NCBI GenBank assembly: GCA_051942245.1
Contig: JAVECL010000158.1
Span: 1-41,613 of the forward strand
Reading direction: 5' to 3'
Source of the DNA: Trypethelium eluteriae
Lineage: Eukaryota
DNA length: 41,613 nucleotides
The notes below the pieces were generated by a model. The model did no database searches and had not been told where the DNA came from. It was given only the letters and a program-made list of their open reading frames with translations. Shown here piece by piece: positions 23,308 to 34,094 of this stretch; within the stretch, counting starts at the first letter, position 1, and each line of letters begins with the position of its first letter. The position numbers and the translations under genes were made by a program.

Positions 23308-24236
23308 TTACTCTCTACCATAGAGCTCGGGCCGGTCTTCTGTTTGAACTGACAACTCTGCTATTTCGTTTGTTGCTAACTCTGACATCACTTTACTGCC
23401 TTCAATGTGGTATCCAACGGCTTGCAGTGGTATTTGCTATGGGGCACTAAACGATGTGTTCCGCCTGTAGGAACGACTAAATTTCCATCCCATTAGCACG
23501 CCAAGAGCTAGGGCCAATAAACCCAACGGAACCCCTATGCCAGCTCCGAGTGCAATCGAATGGGGCCTGGCATCCGAGGTCCAGGAACTCGGCGTGCTGG
23601 ACGAGGATGTCGTGACTGATTGTGAACTCTGATTAGTTCCAGAAACTGTTGATGAGGATTGCTCCGATACTGGGCTGGAAATTTGGGTTATCCAGGATGT
23701 GATGAATGACGAAGACTTGGTGCTCGTGATGCCGATCACTGTGAGGGTGGACGGCACTCCTATGGTACGTGAGTAAAAACCATTCCAAAGGATGTGGATA
23801 CCCTCTTACCAGAGAATGCGATCACGTATTCTTGCAGACAACTTTCGTGCGATTGAATGACACTAGTGTTGCGATCAATGCATTCGTATTCATCAAAAGT
23901 GGTCCCAGGACATTTCTTGAGCCCCACTACACCAGAGAGTGTATCACCAGAGGAAGTATCGACACAAAAAGTAGGACAGTTCGGATCATTGAAAGATGGA
24001 TCAGTGCAGCTGCCCCTCACATACTGCTGGTGGGCCTCGTAGGGAGCAAGTGGGACAAAGGAGGTAAACTCGCACAACTTATTGGATAAACAGGCATATC
24101 CATGCTCGCAGCAAGTTGAGTTACCACTGGCGAGGCATGGAAAGTTATCGCTGGCGATGGTCTGGCCGTCTGGAAAGTAACACAGTGTTCGAACTTGGAG
24201 AATCAAAATCGCCACAACGAGGAAGTGAGTAAACAT
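23308..24236 (-). CDS. Signal peptide + Cys-rich domain + Ser/Thr stalk + single TM (Mid2-like architecture); internal TAG at 23437-23439
   Basis: MFTHFLVVAILILQVRTLCYFPDG..PC..STCC..ACLSNKLC..RGSCTDPSFNDPNCPTFC, intron 23760-23809, an S/T-rich tract and TM IALGAGIGVPLGLLALALGVLMG. The frame runs 42 codons past the TAG to TAA 23308. Confidence 0.8.
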
Positions 24237-25662
24237 TTTAGGATGAGGCTGTACGTATGAGATATGTCTCGAAAGGCGCCGAGCCTGCGCCACGAAAAAA
24301 TTTAAATCAGGACGGAGAGACAAGAAGATGAAGACGCACAGACGGGTCATGGTGTACTCATGGGAAGCTTATCGACGTGAAGTACAGATAGGTCAGCGCT
24401 GTGTACCTTGTCTCACACTCACAAAGTCATTTTCCAATGAGTGTACGGCGACGCCTGTGTTGTTGCTGCTAAGTAGGAACAAACCTTGATCACATTACCC
24501 TCACAAAAGAGTTTCCGGGTCCTCACTCTTCAACACAGCATGAGGCAATCTCACGGCGAACCTGGTGCCTGATCCACTTTATCAGACAGATAGAAGAAGA
24601 CCTTGCCAGTTCAGTCTGATTGCTGTCAGCTTCTCATTTCACAGACCCCACTATCTTTCCGCATACATTTCGCTTGTTCATACCAGCGTTCTCTGTCACC
24701 AATGGAATGTGCTGGCTCAAACGTTTATACAATCCCCGCGGAGCAGAATACGCACACTAAGCCGCCTAGGATTTCAAGACTGAGCTTGACTCTTGCTGTT
24801 CGCTATCCTCCAGATCTCCATGCACTCCGATCTGAATATGAGGGTCCAACTCTGGAGTGGTCAGCTAATTACAACAGAATGAGAGGTGTAGGGAACTCTA
24901 TCGCCAAACCTGGAGGTTTTCGAAGCCGTTTTAAGCGGCGCTTTGCCCAGCACACCAGCCCAGATCCCTGACCGTTCAGGTGTCTAATCCTTCCAGATAA
25001 AGAAGCATTGGCTGCAACGGTACGATGATCACTCCTATGTATCTACTTGTAGATACTGGATTATTCCCCGATCTCGATTCATTCTCTAATGGACTTTGAT
25101 GCAGGAGCGTCCCAAATCGAGACCGTGAGGGTTGTTTACGCCAGATCCAGATTAGGCTAGACAGCTTGCGCTACTATAATTAGCTAGAGTAAGTTTATTT
25201 CGCGGGCTACTTTTGCACGCGATCTTGTTGGCTTCAACAAGGTATCAATCTCAACCTCGATACGCCTGCCCGGCATTTTGATGCATATCGGTTCTTTCTG
25301 AAGGGCCGTGAGGAGGGACGCCATACGTCGGTAGGCTGCGTGCTGTATCAGTGGGTCCGTAATACATGGATCTGGTACGCGCACCGTTTTGCGGCTCCTG
25401 ACAGTAGTGGACAGGATGTGAATTTAGGTAAGGCTGCAATGGAGATTAATTGCGTCTGTGTGATTCTGCCTTGAGTCTCTCCGTTGCGGGTGGATCAAAG
25501 ACGAGCGCAAAGTCGGCTGTGCTACGAATTTCTAGCCTTGCAGACGCGACTTACTCGGAAACTCAGCCTCACGTGCGTGGGAAGCTCAAGATGGAAACAC
25601 CTCCTCTTATCTGGGGTTCTCTGACCTGTGTCCTATGGTGAATAATAAGCCGACAGCTTGCA

Positions 25663-28600
25663 ATGGATGGCGTATCAGCAGCAGCGAGTAGTAAGCAACT
25701 AGCAAAGTGATTTACAAGGTCTTGACCAAGGCTGACATACAGCATCGCCAGTACTCGGCATAACAGCCTTTGCTGCCCAGCTTCTCGAGGGCATTATAGA
25801 ACTGCAGCGTTTTTGGTCATCATCCGGGGATGCCCCTCAGGAGGTCACCACCATCTTGGAAGACCTCGGTCTTCTGCGAGATGTGCTGCAGCATATCGCA
25901 CAACATGAAGGCAGAAACGCTCTCATCACAGTGAAACTGTTGAAGACCTGCAACGAGAAGGTCAAGGTTTTGCAAGATATCGTAGGGCCATTAGCAGGAT
26001 CTCTCAAGTCTAAAAGTAGGCCACTGCGGACTTGGAATGCGTTCAAAATAGCATCGAATAAGGAGAAATTGAGTTTATTTGAGAGGTCGTTAGCCGAAAC
26101 AAAAACCTCTCTCCTCTTAGCCCTGCAGTCCTGCAATACGTACGTTTCCTCCTACTGTACGAAAATCCTGCTGACACAGTAGGGCAGACAACAAATTGCC
26201 CAATGTTCTCGACAGACCTACATGCTAGAACAATCTACTTCAACTAATATCGCAGCCTTGCAAAGAGGTCTTGAGGATTCTATACGGGTCAATGAGGAGA
26301 ATGACACCAATAGGAAGACTATTTCGACAAGCGTTGCTAGTCTCAGCTCAATACAGCAGACCATTTTCGAGTCGATAAGCCAGCTGGCCGACGATGTTTC
26401 TGGTATGAGAGTGCAGCAATCGTTGGAATTATCAACAGTTGTCAAAGGCGTGCAAGACATTGATCGCCATCTACGTAGTCTGCATGAAGTGGTTCGACTA
26501 AGTATTGCAAATACTGGCCACGCCACCTCCTCAAAAATGCTTGCTCCAGCTATTGATCAGCTCCTTTCACAGCATCGCAAAAAGTTACATAACAGATTCC
26601 GTATTTCCTTTAGTGAGCAGATCACTTATTACAGCGAATCGAGAAACATCTTTGGACATATCTTCATGAGCACCCGTCTTCTCAAGAGAGCTATCACTGA
26701 AGGTGATCATGTCATTGAGCAGCTTGAAACACGATCGTCCTTCGCCTTCCATCCGGCATCGTGGCTGATATCTCTGGGCATGAAAATAGCCGTTCAGATC
26801 AAGTACCAAGGATTATTACCAACCATTACAACGACTCGGGCTGTCTCAGACGACGCGCTTATCTTCGAATTCTGTCATACAGGGAATGTTGATGGAGTTC
26901 GTACGCTCTTTTAGCGTGGGGAAGCGTCTGTGCTTGACGTGGGCTCCTGGGGTATGCGGCCTTTGCATGTAGGTAATCTCCTAAATCCTCAGAATTACTT
27001 CTCCATTTCAAGCATGGTCTGGATATCTTAATAGCCTTGGCCTCTCAAAGCCAACAGCTAGCAGCTTGTGAGTGGACACCACACTGATACCAGTCCTGAC
27101 TACGAACCTCCTCTTTATCATGAATGTGTTAGTGGCATAAATGTACAAGTAGAGGGTTCGCGGGAGAAGAATTGAATCTCGCACTTTACTGAGCGACTCA
27201 TGGGACCAGAAGGGATAGCATGTGGAGCATGCTCTTCAACGAAACCGGCAGTGTTCAACAAGTCGCTGATATCTTGCGTTGCAGTGCGCAGTCAATCATG
27301 GCCAGAATGAGATAATTAAATTTCTACTCCTTCAGGGCGCTGATCCCTTCGCCCGCACGTATGGGGACAGGGCGAAGTAAGTAGTGTTTCTCAACAACGT
27401 TCTTAGCACCTAATGAGCTATCTTAGTACGGCGGCAATGTGCGGTATAATACTGGCGGACCTCTCGGATCTCCATCGTTGGCAGGAGATAGCAATGATGT
27501 TTGATGCCTACTTCGAATTTGATGATTATCAAGATCATGGATGGCATATACTTTACTCTACGATTGCTGGGTATGTCCACAAGTTACCACATTCGGCAAG
27601 TCGAGACGTCCAACTCGAGTTCATTATCTGGCTGCTCGAGAGACACGCTCGGAAAGCTTGTGAATCAGCACATATTCGCAAAATTGCAGAGCTTATCCAA
27701 ATGGCTTTCGACACAGAGGATCTCCAGATGCTGCAGATCTTGGTCAAGCTTGACCCTAAAGGAAACTGTTTCGAATCACATTGGAACTCGACTCTTCTGC
27801 ATGAATGTTTTACCCTCGGCTACCAAAGCGATGTCTCAAATGGGCATGAGACAGTAAAATTACTGACGACCCTCGGATACGACTTACACAAAGTCAGTCA
27901 CGGAGAGACTCCAATATCCGAGGGTCTTCAATTCTCTTTCTGGTTTCAGGAGTGGCGGTCGTGGCTCGGAAATACCTTCCTTAACGATTTGATAGCTGAA
28001 CTAAGCTGTTCCACTCTTCCTCTTTCGAAGAAAGGATGGCGATTACGTAACCTTCAGACGCTCTTCGAGCTTCCGGAAAGAAACTCATATCCGGAAATGC
28101 TGCAAAAGTGGTTCAGTTCATTCGACATGGTATGCTCCATTTGCGACGAAAGCGAACCAAGATGGCCTTATCCGCGGCGACCTACCCGATGTAAATTCCT
28201 GGAGCCGTGGTGGGAAGAACTGTTAGAACGAATCAGGGATTCGCAGTGCATTTGCCGCTTCATCGTTGACTTCCAAGACTCGCATGCTCAAACGCCAGGG
28301 GGGACCGAACTGAAGGCTCCCAATGCATTCGATCCCAAAAATGCCTGTGGCTTCTGCAGGTGTAAAGGTCGTGGTGACGATGATTCAACGCGGGATCCAT
28401 TAGCTGACATCCTTAATCGTGACCAACGAGTAGATGAGGCATCGATTCCCCGAGAGGAAGCTTGGGAGGATCGTATTAGCTGGAGAACGCTATCCGAGAA
28501 GGAAGACTATCGCGGTTTGATGCTTTATCACTTCCATTCTCAAGGCGGTAGGTGGAGGAAGCAGTACCAACCGGGAATGATATACTGTTGTGCTTGCTTA

Positions 28601-28711
28601 GGAAGATTTGAGGGCTGGGTAACTGATGAAGAAGAGCAACGTAATGCGAAGGTAGTACGTGATGACGTGGAGTCATTGGTAAGCTCGGTACCAGGAGCGT
28701 TTGTGGTTTGA
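25663..28711 (+). pseudogene. HeLo-like/SesA-type N-terminal domain + ankyrin repeat protein with an in-frame TAG
   Basis: Spliced start MDGVSAAASILGITAFAAQLLEGIIELQRFW resembles fungal STAND N-terminal domains. Ankyrin-like GNVDGVRTLF*RGEASVLDVGSWGMRPLH|CAVNHGQNEIIKFLLLQGADP is broken by TAG 26912-26914. The last exon ends at 28711. Confidence 0.72.
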
Positions 28712-30048
28712 ATCACAGATGATACGAGGTGCATGTTCTCCTTTCTTGCTACTAACAGTATCGTGTGCATGGTTCAGGTCTGAGAAGAGATATCAGTGCC
28801 AGCGGATACAGATTTGGCGTACACGAATTTAAGATACTTGCCAAATTAGTCTGTAAAAGGTTCTCTTCTTCCTGTAGGTTTCATCGCATCTCGATGATGA
28901 ATGCGGGAATGCTTGGGGAGGATATACGATAGGCGGCTATGAGGACTTTAGGGAAGGACACTGAACCTATGCACCGAAAGTAACTCAGATGAGGAGAATC
29001 TTTCTTGATCGAGTGGAATTGTTCAATGATATTTTGGGCTATTCTGTCAATCTTGAGATTTGCGAGTGGTGTGGGGGACTCAAGTATCTAATTATAAATT
29101 CTGTCGTCAATCAAGAAAAGTAAAACATAAACAAAATGGGAACATATTCTCCGAAATAGTCAGATATTCTGCTCATGTGAATGACAAACGGACCGGGTAA
29201 TCAAGCTTTAATATAGCAAAATGCAAGTGAATTACAACCCGTGTCTTGACTTCCGGATACCTTAGATTTTCTTGTTTCTAAAGACAGAATTGAAAGCAGT
29301 AGCACTGGAGTCAAAAAAGGAGCACCAAAAAACTAATTTTCTCATTTGCCCACACTCGGAGTACAGACCCCTGCGCAAAACAATTCCAATGACTACATCC
29401 CCTGGTTCCCAATGAGAGTATGGAGATAAGTAGGACGCGAGTCATGACAAGTTTCTAAGGATCTCCGCTTCCTCAAAGGTTATTTGAAAATCAATGTAGA
29501 CAGTACAGTCAGTATCTCCGCAGCGATGAAGTCGCTGTCCCACTTTCGTGGGATAGGAATCATCCCTCAAAACGGTAAATTTGTGTGGACATATGAAACG
29601 CGTACTATTAAAGCCCCAAAATTTCAGGACCAAAAAAATAATTCTAGGAACTGCGCGTCATATTTTGAAGGTTCCATTCAAGAGACATAGAGAAGCGATG
29701 AGTGCACATTGGGTATCACTTGCTGGATGAAGTTGCTTCCGAGGACCTTGGGACGGAACTGCGTTCAATGGGTGGAAACTACCTTATTCGTGCTAGTGCA
29801 TGAAGTTTCCTTCACCCTCTCTCGCTCTCGGCAGATTTAGACTTCACCAATACTACACGCCCCAGTTTCTGCCTCGACATTACTCACCGTGCAGTACACT
29901 GTAGGCGAACTCTGAATAGTGAATAAGTAGGTAGATACTCCACACACTCCTAAGCATAGTCTCCTATCCTCCCAACAATTTCCCCAAGGAGACTATCTGC
30001 AGGGTCTCTCCTCCTTGGACCCTGCGTTTTCAATCTCTGTAAGCCATC

Positions 30049-30836
30049 ATGACGTCAAACGACGTCGATACGTATACAGAAGGACCAATCCGCGACATTC
30101 AGTCAGACGAGCGTGTAGCTTTGGACCTTGGAGGAGGAAAGCAGGAGATTATCTCAAAATCTGATCTTCTTGGTATGCTCAAAGCATTCATTTTGTCAAA
30201 AGCAAAATAAGCGTTGACTGATCGTTGATATTAGGATTAATCTCCGCAGAATTCGAGAATGGCAAGGACCTGACCTCTATCAAAGTGCACAGCAATTCAG
30301 CCGATGGAAAAGACACACAAATTCAGCTGCATCAGCATATCTGGCAGACGTCTCTGTTAACAGGCCCGTGGAAGGCCGAGTTCGAATCAATCTGGAACAA
30401 ATACATTGCGATCATCTCAAGCCAAGCGATTCCTATCGAAGAGCTTCAGAAACTCCCAGGCTGGAAAGAGAGTGTTATCAACTTTCTAGATGACCTCTCA
30501 ACCTTCGCGAGCAATAAGGCTGCTCAGCGGCGCCTCGGTAACACCAATAGCGCATTTTCATTAGGCCAGCCTTATTTCGACGCTGAGACTGTTGTAAAGA
30601 TTTTACGCCTCCCAACTTCAGAAGGTACCTTAGAGAAGCAGCTCCAGAATTTGGCTCAGAAGAAGATGGATAGGGACAACACTACGGAATGGTGCTCATC
30701 CCACGATATGTTTCCCTTGTATAAGCGGGCTTTTAAATTCAACTACAAAGGATGGAAATCTAGCATTGACTACAAAAAATGGAAGAAAAATCGCGAGTCA
30801 AAAGCCAGGAAAGAAGAAAAGGGTAAGGATAAATGA
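30049..30836 (+). CDS. Hypothetical protein, about 241 aa, two exons, Lys-rich C-terminus
   Basis: Exon 30049-30172 and intron 30173-30234 (GTATGC..CTGAT..TAG) join in frame to ORF 30225-30836. Confidence 0.7.
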
Positions 30837-31784
30837 AAAAAACATGTGAGATTAGGCAATGTTCTTTTTTCTACGACATGCGGAGACTTTGTGTTAATTA
30901 ACATACACAGACATGAAATACTTTGAATGATTTTATCTCGCCTAATTGAGATTAGAGTAAGATTTCAAATTGCGCATTTCCGGAGCCATCCGGAGCGCGC
31001 AAAATCCTATGACATATTCAGCGTACTGAGAAATTGACAACCCATAATGACGATGATCGCTTTTCTGAGTCTGGGCTGAGGAGGGAATATATGGGATGAA
31101 GGTGAGGCTGAAGGCCGAATCATGCGGCTGGTAGAGTAACGTACTATCGAACAACGGCTTTCATTTTGGACGAACATTTGGCCCTTCTCAAAGTCGATCG
31201 TGCATCTTTAAAAGCCTTCTGAGGTTGGGTTCTGCAATGGTGCGTCATTGAACTTGCGTCCTGCCAAACCGCGAATTTGCTAAAGGTTAAGAATGACACT
31301 CTACTCCGTATCGTATCGTATTGGTTAGAGATCCCAGCAAGCAACATCAGTTAGAGCCAGGCAGCCAAGTTGAGCTGCTATCTCAGCTCTCAGGTCACGA
31401 AGAAGCGGTATATGCGACCATTGGAGCTCGGATAGATGACGGCATCTGTTGAGTGCTTTTGAGGTAATTAATATACTCTACCGCACAGACGCATTGGCAT
31501 CGACAAGTGTATTTTCGCGAACCCCGCACAAAGTCCGAACGAACTTACCTATAACGAGCGCTGCCAATTGTGACATGACTACCGCCAGGTGGAACTTGAT
31601 GTACGGATATCGCCAGGCATGACCCGCACTTTCAAAATCCTTAGGATTGTGACTGGGGGGGCTAGATCGGCCATTGCTGGTTTAACAAAAGTCATTTAAT
31701 GGCGACTGGAAGCGAGTTATTCGACTTCCTGCCAATAAACACATCCTGATACCTTCACGGTCGTTATCGTCTGGCTATTACGCA

Positions 31785-33514
31785 ATGCAATCTTTCGTGT
31801 TACTCCTCTCATGGGCTTGGCTCTGGAATGGCGGCAAGGCTTCTGAGCAGAAACTTTTTCCACATCAGCCGGAAGTCAAGCTTCATGGAGGGTCCGTAAT
31901 CAGTGGAGTCGTTGACCACAACTACTCTTTCGTCCGACAGTTTTTAGGAATCCCTTACGCCCAGCCTCCAGTTGGTGAGCTGCGCTGGGAGGCTCCGCGA
32001 CCAGATCATTTGCCTCAATCAGTGAACGCGACTTCTTATGGAACATCTTGCACGCAATTCATGGGTACCATACCCAACCTGTTCAACAAAGACGTTCTAG
32101 AGTATAACATAGGGAATCTCAATATTGCCGGCGAAGATTGCCTGACGCTGAGTATCTGGACTCCCCAACGCGCCACAAACCTGCCAGTCATAGTCTTCTT
32201 CTATGGTGGAGGCTGGTACACGGGCGGACAGGACACGCCGTATCAGATACCTACACAATGGGTAGAACGGACAAAGGACCTGGTCGTGGTTGTACCAAAG
32301 TAAGTCGGCTCCAATGGCTTCGAGTAGACCTTTCTAAAGCAGAGATAGCTTTCGCGGGAACATTTTCGGTTTTCCAAATGCGCGAGGAGTGAAGGATCAA
32401 AATCTAGGCCTCCTGGACCAACGTCTTGCGTAAGGCCTCATATACACACCGAGCGTGCGGTGGCTAACAAGCACTACACAGCGTCGAGTGGATCAGGGAT
32501 AATATCAAAGTCTTCGGCGGAGATCCTAGCAAAATCACCATCTGGGGTCAGTCCTCCGGAGCGGAAGCCGTAGATATATACAATTATGCTTGGTACAAGG
32601 ATCCGATAGTCAGAGGCTTGATCATGGATTCCGGTACTTCCTTCATCGAAAGTGGTGCAGGGCCCAGGTACTCAAACTTCTCATATGTGGCGAGTCGGGC
32701 GGGCTGCGGCAGCGCCAGCAGCAGCGCACAAGAGCTCGCATGTATGAAAAAAGTTGACGCAGCCACGATTGAGGGTGTCATAGCGGATGAAAATAATGGC
32801 GGATCGATGGAAGGTCTTGCATTTGGACCTTCGGCAGATGAGAAAGTGGTCTTTTCCAATTATACCGACAGAGTCCAACAGGGCAAGCTCACGAAAGTGG
32901 TAAGTGAAGCTCCGATCCGTGGCAAGCAAGACGAGCAAGCAAACTGAGTGAGCAATAAGCCGGCCATTATCGGTATTAACAAGGACGATGGAGATGTGTT
33001 TGCGCCGTACAACGCTAGTGGGCCGGACCAGACTCTCTCGGAATTTTACTTTCTTCAGGTGTTCTTGTGCACCACGTACAAGACTGCAAAGTAGGTGCTT
33101 CAGCCTTGCTTGCATCGCTCTGGCTCTGTGCCCAGTCCAGATGGCGGCAGGTCTGACCGGTGATGCAGACTACGAGCAGGTTCGGGCGTTCCGACTTACC
33201 GATACGTATATGCAGGCAACTTTAGCAACATCTCGCCGAAGCCATGGATGGGTGCTTATCATCAGTCTGAGCTGCCGCTGCTGTTCGGCACCCATGGCAA
33301 CTATCGTGGTCAATCGACCAAGTACGAGATTGCTGTAAGTAAAGCTATGCAGGATGCGTGGCGAGCGTTTGCAGAGAACCCACAAGATGGTCTGGCGAGA
33401 CAAAATTGGCCCAGGTTCAATGCCCGCCGCGACATTGTGAGATGGTTTGGTGATAATGGAACGGTGGTGCGGAATGGGTATGGTGACCTGAAGATATACG
33501 AAGACAAATGTTGA
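31785..33514 (+). CDS. Secreted type-B carboxylesterase/lipase, multi-exon
   Basis: Signal peptide; FLGIPYAQPPVGELRW, EDCLTLSIW, FFYGGGW, NLGLLDQRLA, FGGDPSKITIWGQSSG (catalytic Ser) and GAYHQSEL (catalytic His). Confidence 0.95.
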
Positions 33515-34094
33515 TCGCTCTCGGTCAATGCTGGCTGAAGGACGGAGATTGCTAGTTTGACAGGCTTGGACGTATATCGGGTGTTCATGTCGCAAAAAGG
33601 CATATGAGGTGACGTGAGCTAGGCGATTTATTTTGACTCGAACAATAATACAGTACTTGACACACAGTCTCGGGCCATGACAGACTCCTCTCAAACCAGT
33701 CTATGTGTAACTCAAACCGGTTCCGCTTCATGGATTGGGGCGCCGGTCGCACAAAATGGTTGTATATGGAAAGCACGTCAGAGGTCGGTCGAGCCAGGGC
33801 TTTTTCACAAGGGTCAGCGAATGAACGACAGGATCGGGAGTAGAGAAATCGAAGAGATGGCGTTGACCGCCCTGTAGAGCTCTTCTCTACGCTCCCTGAA
33901 CAAATTTTATCGAGGAGTCCTCTGAGCATGTGAGAGCCGAAATATCAGACGCGCCTGGCCCTTGCAGTACAGTCTTCGTGTTCTTGTGTTTGCGGACACA
34001 GACGGAGTCGCCGGTAGACATTCAACCTTCAGTGACGTAAGTGGTGACAGAACGGATTGAACAAGACACCAACAGCTCTCAGTGCTTTTCAAAT

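Noticed and set aside
29390..29800. Short ORFs between the HeLo-like gene and the orphan
   Set aside because: Fragmented by stops, with nothing recognisable.
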